Shown: one piece after another, positions 24,601 to 41,230 of the stretch | Layout: every line of letters starts with the position of its first letter | Position numbering within the stretch: position 1 is the first letter of the stretch | NCBI RefSeq assembly: GCF_000150275.1 | Contig: NW_002060944.1 | Coordinates: 3,572,152-3,636,151 of the forward strand | DNA from: Trichoplax adhaerens | Taxonomy: Eukaryota; Animalia; Placozoa | Direction of reading: 5' to 3' | DNA: 64,000 bases | Translations under genes and position numbers: made by a program | Notes under the pieces: model-generated | The model's input: the letters and a program-made list of their open reading frames with translations, nothing else | Told to the model about the DNA's origin: nothing | The model's database searches: none

Positions 24601-27600
24601 TTGCTACAATTTCTTAGAGCACTTGTTCTAAAGTAGTAATTTTCATCTAGAAAAAGAAAAATTGCAGTCAATTAATACGTGTATCATTTGATTTGAATTC
24701 TTCTAAAGTAGTTATACGAATAAAACTGTAATATTTTAATTACTTTACGTTTAGGATTATTTTAGTTTGAAGACGATGGTGGATAAAATCTATTAGACAT
24801 CGCCCAACGTTCGATAGTTTTAAGCTCCCTCTCTTCTTAATGATTGCAGTGATATACAGAAATGAGGCGCATATGTTAATAATTTAGTTTAAATAACTGA
24901 GAAGCGAATGTAGTAGTTATACATTATTCTATAAACAGCGTGTGGTAGGCACTTTTGTCTGTTATACTTCCTGTTCTGAATAATATAATTATTGGCGGTA
25001 TTAGAAGTTAATAGGTAGGCTACAATTGCTTATGGCCGATCAGTTTTAGATAAATGACTGATGTTTCCAATATGAGATTTTATCAAAGTAAGAAATTTTT
25101 TGAACTAACATTAAGAATTCTTTAGTGTGGTTGTGAGTTTCTATTGGAATTCAGGCACCTCAAACTGTACACTAATAGTAATTATCGGTATACTCTAGTT
25201 ATTAAGCTCTTCAGTAGTGATAGCTATAGACGCCCGTATTTCTTTGTCTCATACAAATAAAACAGTATAATTATAAAGGGACTCAGTTACGAGTGCTTTC
25301 AGCTAATATACAAATACCGTGAAACATCATGGCAGTCTACAGCAATTATAAAATTTGGTGCAATTATCGAATCTTATTAGTTCTATGTACTCAGTTGCAT
25401 ACGATTATACTATAGGAATAAGTATACTTAGTGTACTGTTTTTCGACATATCTCCTTTCTATTCCAAGATAATCATAATTTTATACGGCCTTTTAGGATA
25501 AATTTCATGCGTTGAGAATATCGGTTACGATTTTAGACGGGCTTTTTTTACATTGAGTAGATTGTACTTTCTCTTTATTATCCATATTATTATATTATCG
25601 TTTATACAACATAATAGCTAGCGGCTGCCTGCTCTCTTTTGTATAAGCATCGCGGCGGATATTGTTTTCCTATACATTGAATCTGTTACTTATCTAGTGA
25701 GGTTAATTCTTTTACCACAATGTTATTACAAATTGTTAGGTCTGTTTAGTATTGATTTTTCTTACGCTTTGTTTTCCATTAGCATAGGCTAATAATGACC
25801 ACCATTGATAGACTGAAACATTTCTGACCCCTTACAAGCTTTTCACCTCGTGTATGATTCTATTCGTTGTGGCAATTTATAACTGCAGGCTAGGTACTGG
25901 GTAATTATTTAAAATTTATACTTCCCATGTATTTGTTAATATAAGTGAATTTTGCATGTCTATCATTTTGAAGTATTACAAACATAATATGGTCATGATC
26001 GGATGACAATGTTTTACTCATCGGTTTTCACATAGGGACATACTTCTGACCCCATTCTCGGTCTGCTATTGTGTACACCAGACCATATCAATATATCACG
26101 ATTATTTTCTGCCACGATCTATTTACATAACGAAGCTTAATTTATGCTTGCTTACAAATTAGTCTGGCGAAGTGGCGATATTATAGCGGACTTTATGAGA
26201 ATAAGCTTATAATATTTAATAAGGCTTAAAAAGAATTTATCCAATCTCCTAACCCTAGCTGAATAAAACTTATAATATTTATTAAAGCTCAAAACTAAAA
26301 ATTTTATTCAATCACGTAAATCTAGCTGAATAAAACTCATAATAATTCAGAAGGCTCAAAGTAAAAAAAGCTATCCAATCTGCTGAACCTAGTAGAGCGT
26401 AGTCACGTTAATTTAGCGATAGGAATTACTACTGTTAGTGATAGATTATTCGATCCACCATTGATACAAATGATCTCTGCTAAGTATTCAATTTCCTTTA
26501 AATAAGCAATATCTTATTTTATATATTATTTTATTTATTATCAAATTTAAAACCGTCCTTTAAATTCTAGTTCTAACCAGGCGATATCTATAGTTACACC
26601 TGCACAAGTTTTAATTTAATCTGAGACCAAACCGAACTTTAGCAATCACAACCATATCAAAAAGCGTACTATCTCAGCTACGATGATGTTTTTATGCGTA
26701 TCAAAAAACTTAGCTCTTACTATAAATTTTTGTCTTGTATCATAATAAGATTGTGTCTATTTATAAGCATTCACTGTTTCATTTTATATTGAAGTCAGAA
26801 ATGTTCAAAACTATTCATTAAATTACATTTTAATTACATAAACTGTATAAATTTGTTTTATTAATACTAGCGTATGGTCATTTAATTGTATCCATGTATA
26901 AGTGTTTGCTATCTCATTCGGTTCTATATTAAAGTCAGAAATTTCCTTAAATATTCATTAAATATCATTATAATTTCAGAAACTATACAAATTTATATTT
27001 CTTAATACTAGCTTAGCATCATTTAAATAAGTGTGTTTTAGCTAGTAATTGCTAACTTACAATCGTCTGACCGACTACAATTTTACGAACACCAACAAGT
27101 CATGGATTAACATATCAACTCCTTGATCTATTTTACACTACTCGATAACCATCAACTATTTTAAGTTTAGCACGTCTCTAACAGCGGCAACTGATACTGC
27201 CAAAGTGTAGGTATGACAAACTATGTATGGCTAGCGATTTCTGAATATTTATCGATTTAATTGAGTTTGATTCACAGCCGCCTTTTCAGGTTTTAAAATT
27301 GACTGTTATTAATTTCTTAATAAAGAGTATTGCTTTCGACATGATAAATCGATGATTGGGAATTCCAGTTAATGAAATTATGAAAAATAGAATGAAATTG
27401 AAATCTTAGATGTAATTAGGATTATAGACAGATTAAAAAATGGAGAATCGGTTACCATTACTCCCTATATTTTCACTAAGAGTAGATAAGTTTATTTAGT
27501 TAAGGAATCATGCAGTTCAGATATATTTATTATTGCATTTTAGCACGTTCATTTACTTAAGGAATTGCTGTACTGTATGTACCATACAACTTGGTCCAAT

Positions 27601-30600
27601 ATCTTAATAATCTATAGTAAATTTGCTTTAACCCTGCAATTATTCTGATCATACTAATGAAATAAAAATGATATTGTAAAGAATCGCTTAGCAAAATATA
27701 AGCAATTGAGGGAGCAGATTTAAAACGGTTTTGAATATAGTATTGACTAATTTGCGTCGTTAATATAAAATATTGTGTTTAGGAGATCGAAGGAAGCATA
27801 CGGCAAATTTCGAGATTAAATTCTTAAAATTACATACCGTTGCGCTTTAAAAACAGTTTGGATATAACCAAAAGTGAAAAACTGTTTACACTATTTTCAT
27901 GAATAGGAATCAAGGAACTGATGCTGCTAAATGGTATAGACCACTAACCTTATTGCTCAATCGTAACTGTTGGATTGCGTTAGTCTGCCAATGAACGCAT
28001 TCTGTTTTAAAACGGGTGCCGGTAGTTATTATTGTATCATTTACACTATAATTGCCTATACTGGTTGGAAATACTTTTTAAATTTTGCTAGACTGGGGTG
28101 AAAAAATTATCTCATATAACCTTTATGCCAGTCAATAGAAAGATCTGTTCATGTGAATAGATTGCTTACTTAAGTGAAGTCTGCTACATAGGTTCCAGTT
28201 TGTAATGATATATTGAATTGAGAATTTACACTGGGATGATGATTTTAATAATTTAGGACTATCTTAAAAACTAAAAGATCTCTGTTCCATCTAAAGTTTT
28301 AAATAGCAATATTTTTAAATTGGCTAACTACAGTTTTACTTTTTACCAAGACTAGATTACGAATAAGAACCAGGAAACAATATAAGATCAAAAGTATGAA
28401 TTATAAGTACAATAAACTCTTTATAATCCTAATTGATGACGATAGCAATACTTATAGTGACACTGCGGCTTCCGGATAAAAATATTACAAAACGTCTTAG
28501 AAATAGTAGTAGAGAGAAGTAAATGGTCAAAAGGGAACCATCCGTTAATCATTTCGAGATTTACGCCTTGCTAGCGATGCCGATAAGACAATGAATCAAT
28601 TGTCGATATTTTGTTAATTACATAATAGGCGAAATAGTGAAAAAAAGATTGCAGTAAAGATATCTATGATTGAGAGAGTGATATATTACTGTATTGTATA
28701 TTACGAGTAAATGTGATAGTAGTGTATTCAACTCTGCCTTGAATAATTATTATTCCAAGATGAAGGCCATGAAGCAAGATGTATTAATACTCCTTGATAA
28801 CTATAAGCACTCTATTCTTATGTTTTGTTCGAGAATTGAGGTTATGGTTGATACTATTAAACGAGTAGGTTAGGAAACTAATATTAAATAGGTTTTGAAC
28901 TAATACATTGTCTTGATCCACTAAATTGATAGTTTTACGCTTCCAGACTTCAATCTACAGAATACTTTAGTTTAATTAATTCATAATGAACTCCCTTTAC
29001 TAATTAATCCATATAGAATCAACAATGAATTGCCTCTCTGTTTGAAAGAAGTAGAAGAATCATTTTCGTGGCTGATCTCATTATAAATTCTTGGCGTTGA
29101 TTAATATTAACTAACAGCATAAAGTAGGCTGATTCCCTCCTCCATATGGTATCATTAAACAATGCTTTTTCATCTTTACTTAATACGATAATGTGCGGCA
29201 TAGTCCATCATGTAAGCTAGGCATGCAACATCGATAGGACTGGCTATGAATGGTTGTACTATTTTTAACTACGGCATGTATCAATACTTTATTGCTATTT
29301 ACTTTATTGTTCATTTCCTCGGGCTCGCACCTTGTATTCAGACACAGTCTATATTATAAAGTCATGACCTAGCAAAAGTGCATTCAATGTAGTCCCACGA
29401 TATTATTACACGCTATTGCATTTAAAATCTCCTTAATTCGCTTCGTTGATAAAAGACAATTTATCAGTATTAAATAGTAGGATAATCTGTATTTTATTCA
29501 AACTATAATTATATTTATTGACAAATTATACAACAAAGTACCTGGTTGTGACAATGTTCAACCCTTGATGATTAACATAATTTTACACATTACAGTAACT
29601 CTTGGCATTCCTTCTATTAGCTTATTGTTATTCTTACTATTACTGTTTCTGCAATGGACGCTTAAAACTTTTACATTCGTTCCCAGTAAATTTTGACACC
29701 GTAACGTGATAAACTACCATCTTTACTACTGTCTCGTAGTGAACAATTATCTACAGTTTTTCCCTAGAAGTAACACTGTTATTGTCTCTATTCACCGTTA
29801 TTTACTATACCATTTAATTCTATCGTAATCTTTTATTTTCGCTTTGTAAAAGAAATAAGTTCATTACTTGCATCAATTCCTTTTCTTCAAATTGAAATCT
29901 TCTGCCTTAGTCTGGAATTATTTCTTGAAATCCAAATAAATTTTATCTCGATCCTCAAGTCATTAAGCTTGCTCTCGTTATTCTACGTAGCAGTGGTGGA
30001 ATATCTTTTTACAAAAATATCTTTTGGTATGGATCTTCGCATTTATTGACTCTCCTAACACTTTGGCCAACTCTATTTTCATTCAGTATTTGGTCGTATA
30101 TCCTCGACCCAAAGATTTTCCGGCATTGATCTGGCTTATATGATAAGACTATAATTGATACCCGCCATTACTACAACTTAGAATTCTATTTGCAAGTACA
30201 AATCGAACGCTATCAAAATGTAGGTTTATGCAATAGTGACTCTCTAATTTATTTACGTGGCAAAAAATTCTCGTTCTATTACAATTAATTGTTAAGTGCC
30301 ATAGGATAACTGACAATATTCTATTTTCTTAAACTTGTGAGAAACAGTCAATTAATATCGATACGGATAATTAAGTCTATACGCAATTCTTTACAAATCT
30401 ACTCGCCTTTATGAAATTACTTACCATCTCCATCTTCCCTATTTTAATTCTATGTTTAATCCCTTGTTTAAGTTAGATTGTTTGTTAGTTTTTGTGCTAT
30501 TTAAGAAGACGTACAGTAGAAATATATACTAAAAATGATAAAATGATAAAATTTGTCACTAGTGATATGATAGTTAGATCATATATCTGCTGGTAATGAT

Positions 30601-33600
30601 CATTTAAATCGTTCCTTGTCATAGTACTCTTGACACTAATGTATTGATTACTTTAGTTTTATGTAATGATTCCATATATTTAGGATAGACCTCAACGAAA
30701 ATATATTTTAGTGATTGTCTCACTTTAAACTGATCAGTGTAAATTATGTCCGTAGATAATTTTTCGCAATAAGATATTAACTTGAGTTAATTACTTCTCC
30801 TACATCGTTTTCCTTAAGTGATTGTTCTGAAAGTACGTAATTATTTCTCTTTACAAATGATAAATGTATAAAATTAACACAAATTTACAAATAGAACTGA
30901 GTATCGTTCACTTATTCTAATGGCTTGCTACTCATTTGTGCAGATCTTGGATAAATAAGGATAGTTTAATGAGTAATTTATCAAGATGCTTACACATATT
31001 CTTTCGTTCCTAAAATCTTCAATATGATCTCGTTCGAAATACTTTAAAATATGTCCCTTAACGCTTTTTATTTCTATGGTTAATTTGAAAAACTTAGAAT
31101 GGCTAGTAAATTAAAAAGACGTAAATGGAAGCGCCGTCCTGCGTCCTAGTAAGTTACTAAAGGAATTATTATTCATTTTTGTCTTTTGTTTGTATAACTA
31201 TGTCAATTTTTCCTCTGTAAAGGAATTAATACTCATTTCGTTTTTTGTTGCTCTATTTATCATCTTTACATTATCAGATATCAAGCATACATGCTATCTG
31301 ATCATCTATTTTTCGTAGTGTAACTCTCAATTTATAGCACATAGCTACACTAAAGTTTACTAAAGGAAATAACATAATCAATTTTTCTTCTGTCTTACTT
31401 GAAGAGACAAGTACAGCCTAAGGTAGATTTAAAGTTCGTTTCATGTCATGGGTTGGTTCATGTTGCTATTCGTAACCCGTTAAAATGTCCCTGACCCTCT
31501 TCCCAAATTCTTACTTTGTGTCTGTACGCCTACCATTTAATTTGACAGATGACAAAAATAGTTAACGATATTTTTTAAAACGATCATAATAGCAACTGTT
31601 GGGCAACATCTTGATAATCGATGTAAATTAGACTTACGTCATGTAGAAGCTTATTATGACGATCTAAACTTGTGTTGTAAAAAGTCGAAAATTAATTTCA
31701 GATGAACTTTAATGAATGCTCCAAGGATAATTGTTTAATAAATAGCGCTGCTGTATTTAATCGGTAAATCTTTCATTTAACTCATATGCTAATAATAGAG
31801 TTGGGTGTAGATAGCTAATAAAATAAGGTCTACCTTACGCCATTTAAATAGAAATACAATGCGACATCCCTTAGTACGGGTACAGCTTGTAAATACAGTA
31901 AAATTGTCGTGTCTGAATAATTTAATATCTAAAAATAGTTGTACCGTGAAATTTTTAGCCAATAGTTGCTGGTAAATAGAAGCTATAAAGATAGTTTCGT
32001 ATTAATGGCACGTAATGATGACGGTGAATATTTGAAGTTTTGGTCACTTAAAGACTTTTTGCTGCAAGTAATGCATCTATCTTAGGAGTTACCGCCATAA
32101 TAGATCAAATTTGAGATCAATCTCCTCCCTTTATTTCGTCATTGATAGGAATGTCAATGATTAGCGCTTACTTATTAATTGGTATTCTCTGTATTTTATA
32201 ATTAAAAGTTCGATAAGAGAATTAAAGTAACTAGTCAAGAATGTTTTTATTAAACTATTTTGAAAATTATACATTTATTAAAAGTTTATGTGTTAGGGCA
32301 ACTGGGTATACGTAATGAATAAAATAGGGTTATGCATGTTATATCGAGACATTTTCACTCTACCACCTAAACAATTATTGACTTGTGTAACTATGCAATT
32401 ATTTTTATAAATCTAAAATTGATGATGAGGATATAGAATATCTTAAAAAATCCTACCATTTTTGTTCTTCAAACTATTCTGATAGATACGATCATGCCAA
32501 TAGCAGAGAATACAGTACAGTATTTTTCGATTCATAAGAAACAATTTTCCATTCTATCATATATATATATGAATAATAAACGTAAAAGTAATCGTACAGC
32601 ATTGTCACATCTAGATGTGATGTAATAATTCTAGGTTTCCTGATCAGCAATGATTCCATGACAGGGGTGCAATGTAGTAATTAATTAATTATTATTACTT
32701 GATTGATATTATAGTTGGTGACTGTTACATGCTAGATATAATAAGAACACTATCACTCTGTCAAGATGATATTTCTTCTGATGATGTTACCTTAAACGTA
32801 AAACCTCCACTAGTAGAGCTTTTGGGTGATCAACACTACATGTAGGTACTTGTTAACGGATTGCCAAGATGGGAATTTATGTATGTGTTACAGTCAATCC
32901 CGGGAATTGGCTATTTCCGGGAAGGACTGGATACTTCCAATAATGCATCATATTACTTGATGAAATAGAAATTGACGTTATTGCCTAAAAGTTGTCGTAC
33001 GAGTTATGAAAAATTATGAACTAACACGCCATTAGGATCGTGAAAGCTAAAACAAATGTGTCAGCATACTATTATGTCTGTGTTGCAGCTCTATTAGACT
33101 AATAAAAGAAAGATTTTAGCCTTTCCTTGTCTGGTCTAAAGTAATAGTAACTTCACAGCTCCATTAGACTAACAAAAGAATAATTTTAATCTTTACCTGT
33201 TTTATCAGAAATAATAATGCCTGCACAGCGCTATTACTGTAGACTGGCTCAAGAATCGCTTATATCTTTACTTGTTTGAACTATGCCTTATTCACCTTCA
33301 GGAATAATATCTTCTAGGGCGAATTTAAAAGTTGATAATATTACAAGCAAGTTAGGTTTTTGCCCACAGAATTAAATAAAAATGTTTTAGTACAGACTTG
33401 GAAATTATTGAACGGAAGAATCAAATATCCATTACTATATATGAGGTAATTAATCGTCTTTTGGGGGTTAAGGTTATGATTTAAATTAGAGATGAATGTT
33501 CAATTGTGATTAATAACGTTTTTAATAGATTTCGCATAATAATGGGGTATAATCTACCCTGGTATTTTATTAAATAATTTTAAATATATCAATGGATTAG

Positions 33601-36600
33601 ATAAATTTTATTGTTAATTCATTTTCGGATAATTATGATCCTGATACTACTGCACTAACTTGCAGATGGCCCAAATTTGTTAAAGCAGTATTATTGTAGA
33701 AAATTGTGATAATAGGCATGCTTTCAATCGCTTTCTAAACTTAATCCAAAAGTCATAAACAGCTGTTGTATATTATATTGCCAATTGGGACTTGTATTGA
33801 GGAAATTACCACAACTACAAGAAATTATTATGTTACGAGTCTAGTAGAAAGTTCGTCCTCCCGATATCCACTGCGCCAGCAGAAAGACTCAAAAAATGGA
33901 CGATCCCGATTGTTAATATAGACAAAACTGAATCTAAACCTTCGTAAAAAATCAGCCAGTTTAATAGTAAATCTACATAAACATTAATTACCAGAAAATA
34001 GATAACATTGTGCAGTTATCTATAAAATTATGTATATTGCCACAGATAGCAGTATTATCAAATCATGTTATCTAACGAAAATAAGATAAGCGATTAAATG
34101 TTAGTCTACAAAAGTCACTTCGTGGCATTGGTGTGAGATTATATCCGGGAAACTCATTTCTAAGCAAAGATAAGTGTAGAATACTTCAACATAGCCCAAA
34201 GACTTTATAGTTTACTGCTGGTTCATGTAATAAATTCAGGAGCTCTATCAAGGATTTTTTTAGCGAGTTACGTGAGTTTATACTCCAGGGCTGAATAGTA
34301 AATCCTTGGAAAGAAATTGTTACTTTATTAGTTACTGCATCATTTTGACAGATGAATTAGTTATCCGATCGAATTATCAGTTTCATGCTTTATTAATAAA
34401 CTGGGGATAGTTTAAACTAGGACAACTTTATTCAATCTATTCTTGTTAGTATGACTTGTGAATTAGTAATATTTGCTTTATATCGTGATCACACATCCTA
34501 GATACTACTTATATCGATTTACGTTTGCTTTAAATAACTTTGATATGGTGAAAAACTGCATTATTAATACCATGTTTATTAATATACATACTATATCTTA
34601 TGAGCCTATTTTTTGATTGTACAAGACATTAAATTACATAAAGTCATTGAATCCATGCTAGGCGAGATTAATTTTATCAAACGTCGTCTGATCGCTCGAT
34701 TATCCGTTATAATATTAACAGTGGCATCAATTATTCAATTATTTTTGACAATAATCATCTTGCTTTCATTGCAAAGATTACTTTGTGTAAGATACCAACG
34801 CAGCTTTTAATACGTGATATTTTCAGATTAAATTACTACACTTCACTATTCATACTCCTTTTGAAAGTCTATCAGAATATTTAATTTTAATTTAAAAATG
34901 TATCATAGGTAACTACCTATCTATAAATATGGCTTTTATTGTATTAATATATGACGAAAAATTAATCTTAATCGACCAATTAAGATCATATTTACTAATA
35001 ATTTGAATAGGTATTCCTCTGAGACTACGATTCAATATGACACCATATAATCATTTTACCAAAATGCTCCTCTCTAAGTTCTTTAACTGAATAGGTATCA
35101 TGCATATTTTCTCGAATTCATATAGAAGCATAATGAAAAAATTATATTACCGAAAGATTTGATCCTATAAGTACTACGTGCGAAGGAATTGCTAGGCTGC
35201 AATTTCTTCTTTACTGTTAGGTGCAACACGGGCAATATGAGGTCCTACTGTATTGCATACATGAATCAGCAAATACCTAGATCTACCGCGGTATTAGCTA
35301 ATTGCTCGAAATATTCTGACTAACTTTATATACTTACGGTTAAGCTTCTTTATTAATTAGCAGTTTCTAAACCAATTTCTAGCAGGTCACATGTATCTCG
35401 TATAATTACACTGTAATATTAAATCGGGAACAACGAAATTTTTACCGATGGTGACAGTCATCATCTGGCGATTACGCTGATATAGCAATGTCACAAACCA
35501 ACGTCGTGGCAAAGATAGCGTAAAACTAATCTCTAAATTACTATAGTCTCCGGGATTCAGTATCCCTTAACGACCTCACAAGAATTTAGATGCCTTTGCT
35601 TCTACGTTAAAACAACTAAAAAATTCTTCTTTTATTCAACTATCTGCAGATCTTAAATACCCTTCGGCAGCAGCTATCATGTAAGAGTCATAACAGTTCA
35701 CGAAATTTAGCTCATATTTGGATAGCTAAATTAATACAGACATTATTCATAGTTTTGGACTTTTACTGAACGATTCTAGATAATTAGACTACAGTATGTC
35801 CACACGCAGAATTATTTATAGTATCATCTATAATTCAATATCTTCAGGATATTCATCACAAGCGTTACAGGACATAACACTATCATCAATTAATATTAGT
35901 TACCTTATGAGAACTCTTACTGCAATACAGCATAATTTGCTGTAACAAAATAATAACTACTGTAGTTCTTACTGTAAGTCATTATTAGTTATCTCCATAT
36001 ATAAATGTTAAACACTAAATTTAATCATTTACTCTTCACGGTGGTTTGTACCGTGATTAGCAACAATTACAAATCACAACATTAGGTAAAACGATGAGCT
36101 TTACGAACGTAGTCCAAACCCTATCAGAACAATTTAATTCTTCAAACAAAATAGTTCAAAGAAGTAATATGGTGACAACATAAGTTTCTGATCGCCCAGA
36201 CACTGTACAGAATTAGAAAATACGCATCAGTTCTACAATCAAGGTGATAGGTTATCGAAAGGTAATCGAAGGGGTTTAGTGTTACGGTTATGTATAGATA
36301 TGTAAGATTGATTGTTTGAAGTAGTATATGAATGTTGCTAGAGAAGTTATCTAATCATACGAATGTTACTTTGATCATCGTATTATGATTGCAATGTTGC
36401 TATGGTCATTAAGATAGTACAATGCTTCTCATCAATTATTTCCTGAATTTTAAACCTCAATAATTATAATCAGACTACTTGGATTACAATGAATCTTCCA
36501 TTCTATTATTGAATAACTCATTTTCAAATTAATTTTAATAATATCGAGTCACTGCTAGTATCACAAATTGTAAAGTAGAATGATTTGTAAATGGATCACG

Positions 36601-39600
36601 ATCTTAAATCTAAGCTGGATAAGCAACTAGAGTCATAATTACAGCGAATGACCTTTTTATCATCACGTTTCATGTTAGGCCAAGGTTAGTCGGTAATTGT
36701 CTGAATGTTGCTGTGCCTCACCAACAAAATACTTGTAAACTCTTATAAAATTAACATTTACAGTTTATAGAATAGCTTAACATATACACCTGCATTTTAA
36801 TTAGTATCTTAGATGACCATATCGCATACAATTTATTGTAGAATAAAATAATGAAAGTTTTAATATATATCCTAGAGGGTGTGACAAAGCTATTGATGAC
36901 TTCCACTATATACTGATCAATTTTCAAGCATAGATATTGCGAATGCTGGCAATATTTGACCGTCAATTTTAAAGAAGAAAAAGTGACGGAAGATGAAATG
37001 AATATGTTTTTTCGCTGTTCAATAAAATATTATTAGATTATGTTTAGTTTAAACGAAATATTCTCGAGTTAAAATAAGTTATTGATAACTTACACTATAC
37101 TCCAATTTATTTTCAGCTATAAATATTACGGATTCTAGCAACATCATACTATTATTTTCAAATAAAATAAGGTGATGAATGATGGAATGAATAGATATAT
37201 TACAATTCAGTAAAATTATCATTAGGTTTAGTGAGTTTTTACAAAGTAACATTAAGGTCATTGATTACAAGTCAAAATAGCTTATTAATTTTCATAATAG
37301 GTCGCTCAATAAATAAGATCTTATTATTATTCGAATAGAGTTAGGTATAGTTATGATGTTAAAATTCTATTCTGTTGATATCAGATATGGCATGAATATT
37401 TAACAAAATGAAGTGGTGATAATCTCAAGAATAAACTTCACTATGATTAATATTTAAAAGGATGTTTAATTATAGATAGACTTTTATATTAGTATTTGAA
37501 TATGTGTTTCCACAAGCTCATTTCATTATAATAATTGTAAAGGTAAATTTTATTTTATTTATAGTGTAATTTATCATGACAGCTGCACTTGATATACTTC
37601 AACTGGTAATGACCTATTCAATTTAATTGCAAATGTTTCACAATGGAATTTTCGGCAATTTTAATCTAGACAAAACGCTTATAATTTATTAATTATTGCG
37701 AGGAGACATATACCTGAGTGCTATTTCTATTAAAATACTTACTACACTAACAGGTAGCACTAGTATTAATGTTGCTAGACTGTATCTTTATATTCTTATA
37801 TAAGGTTTTTAGCCGAGCAACAGAGTTACGTCAGTACATAACATTAGATTATGCAGATTAAACTCATTTACTACTTTTACTAGCTTAATTTAGCTCAAAT
37901 ACTTCAAAATATGTTGCAAATTAGCGTACGATTTATATCTCCCGGAAAAAGTCATCAGAGTTATTGAATTGAACTAAGGTGGCGAAAGATAATCGATCGA
38001 TTTTGTATGTAAAGAGGTGAATTGAAAACTTGCATCAGATTAATTATCAGAATTATCTTTATCAAAATTTTAACATACAGTGTATCGAATCAAAATTGCA
38101 GTTAATTTAATATTTTGGATGACTGCAACGTAAATTTCACTAGCAGCAATATCGATCCATTAGTTATCAATTAGATTATTTTCAATTTCTAAATATCCCG
38201 CATATATATAAAATTGAACAAATTTAGCATATCTAATGAAAATCGATTATGGGAAAGGCTTCATGCAACGATCAAAAACAAGGGGACAGAGGTTTGCAAA
38301 TACGGATATGTTTGTTGCTATTTTGCTTCGATAACCCTTCAAATGACAGTTATAGCACTATATAAATATTTTCGATATTATCTACAATAACAATCTTTCA
38401 TTGAATTTGTTCAATACTATCACTTTAGGTAATTGCAGAGGATTTCTTGCAATTACGGGTTATTGGGAATGAGGTCAAGTAAATGCTTGACCATTTTAGA
38501 TATAACGAGAAATTAAAAGTTATGTCTGCTAGTATCTACTAGATTCCTTTATTAATATTATATCTTTAAGTAACTATGTTTATGATATAGTTTACGTATT
38601 AATTTTAGCATTTAAAGATGAATTTAACGTCACGTAATGTAATATTAGGCGTTTATTTTTTGATAAGCATAAATGAGTTACTGATACGAAATTACCGAAA
38701 CTAATGGGTTGCTGAAATTTATTGACCTTTCGACCTGTTTTCGTAATATTTGCTGATGATTATCTTCAGTAGTCATACTATTAAATTATTTATATTGTAC
38801 TCATTTGAGTAATTGCCTCATGACTTTTGTAATTAATAAATGATGAAGTCGTGAATTAATTCTGAAGAATTTTGTAATATTAGAGAAAAATGGCGTTTTT
38901 AATTGCCTTTTTCGTTTTTAGCTGTTACTAGTCCTACCTATGATAGTCTATCGGTAAAAATGTAGTTTTCATATTCCTAGCAATTATTTTACCGCGACGT
39001 GATCTTGTTGAATTTTAGTATTTATTAAGATTTATTTATAGGATTTTATAGATAGTTTCAATTTAGGGTTTTGTATGCTAACATCAGTTACTAGCTAATT
39101 TTTCTATTAATTAAACTAAATTCAAATGCGAATTATACGATACTGAGAGATCAATATTAAGTTCATGAATGATACTGGCTTTCATTGAATGTGTATTACT
39201 TTTTCTTTCTATTTGCTAAACAGCAATGGCATCCCAGCCAGCTGCCAAAAGTGTGAATACTATAGAAATTTAATTCCTTGTTCCAAATCGTTATATCAAG
39301 TACCGGTAAGTAAAAGACATCTAGAACTTTTTTGTTACTATTTATACTTTTATAAGATATTTTTTAGCTAACGATATGTAATTTAGGCACAGACGTCGGA
39401 ATTGCAGTATGTTAATTGATTGAATATGTTGATGCTCATTTAATAGTATTATAAATTTTCTTAAAGCACTCAGTGAGTGCTACAACACTTCTTAAATCTT
39501 CAATACAAACAAAAATGGGTTAACATTAGTATAGGAATTAAAAATTTTTTTTATTACCGTGTGAGAAAATAAGAGACCAAATTGTTTTTACTCGAATACT

Positions 39601-39929
39601 GCTCGTCGTATTCTTATGGTCTCAAGGATGCATAGAGTAGTGATCAGTCTATTAGAATCTTTATAGTGTATTTCAATGCTAGAAAATAAAATGTACGTAT
39701 ATATCACGGCTCTAAACTTCTGACTGATCGTTAGGTATTTACTGTATTGCGTTATTCCGGTAAAGAGATCACTACAATATAATGTACTAAGTGCAAAGCG
39801 TGAAGACTTGTATACTATATAATTTGTAATAGAATTATCCTGTTTAAATACCAGTTGTCAACAATCAAGTCTTAATACCTATCTAAAAAATATACGATTG
39901 CGAGATGTTGACGTAGCTAACCTAGAAAT

Positions 39930-40340
39930 CATTCTTGCTCTACGTAAAGACGGGTATTATAGATGTAAAGTAACGCCAATTGTAAATCTAAAATCTATTT
40001 CATGTCGTCATGTTGCATCTTTTACAACTGGTAATCGATACTTTATAAGTTACCTCAACATTAAATTGTTATTCGATATATCTTTCTCATTTGTTTACGC
40101 TAACTTTTAGAATAGATCTAATTACATCTACGCTCATTCATATCATTACTACTACCTCGATGTAAAAAATGCTTATTATAGATGTACTGCAAAACTAATT
40201 GCAAATTTAAAATCTATATCTGGTCGTAGCACACCATCTTTTATCATTGGCAATCAATACTTCATAGTCATTGTTATTCGATGTATTCTTCTTATTTGTT
40301 TTATGCTAATTTTAAAAATAGATCAAATTACATCTATGCT
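39930..40340. repeat. ~210-bp diverged tandem duplication
   Basis: TATTATAGATGTA...TAAAATCTAT...ATTGTTATTCGAT...AATAGATC.AATTACATCTA occurs twice. Confidence 0.75.
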
Positions 40341-40677
40341 ATATTATTTTACTGTCATACTTGTGCTTACCGTAATGAAACATCAGGATATTTTTTAAGT
40401 ATTTTTTGTAAGCTTCTTTGTGTACATACACTTATTAGTTCATTATCTCAAAAAATAATACACGCTTTTGCCAGGTACCGATCAGTAATCTGGTATACCG
40501 GAATTGCTGGTATCCGACGTAGTTAAATTTAGAGGGGTGTTTACTGTTTACTGCGGAGAAATGGAAGAGCAGGATATATCTTGTCAGTTTGTTGTAACAA
40601 CAATGAGATTTATTATAAACTAATAATATCCTAAATGACAAGATGTCACAATTTAGATGTATGATCCTATTCACTAA

Positions 40678-41230
40678 AATCGCAATCTTGACATTTTGGC
40701 CAATATGAATAATATTTTCTGTTTCACAATATTATGAAAAAGATTTCCTATCTGGACAGATAGTACCGCAGTTGTTATGTTTAAGCTACATAATATTAAG
40801 ATCAATTAATAATCTGGATAAATACCAAGCGTACTATTTTACAATCCTGCACAACAGCGCATTTTATTGTATCCATTGAAATCGTAATCTTGACATTCTG
40901 ACCAATATAACAAATGTCTTGTATTTAACTCCTTTATGACAATGATTTCTTATCTGAACAGATCGTGGCAATTATATTATGTATAAGCAATAATTTAGTA
41001 AAGTCGGCTTATAACCTTGGGTAATACTAAGCACGCTGCCATGCAATCTTGCACAACAGTGTTGTTCTATTCAGCCAAATTGCAATCTAAACATTCTGAC
41101 TTATATGACTAATGTCTTGTGTTTCAATACATTATGACAATGATTTCATATCTGAATAGATAGTAGCTGTTGTGTATAATCTATAATCCAGTCAGATCGG
41201 TTAACAATTCTGAGTAAATACTAAGCATTA
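40678..41230. repeat. ~200-bp diverged tandem repeat, 3 copies
   Basis: AATC..GACATT.TG.C.AATAT...TTATGA.AA.GATTTC.TATCTG.A.AGAT...AATAC.AAGC recurs at ~40678, ~40881 and ~41077. Confidence 0.85.
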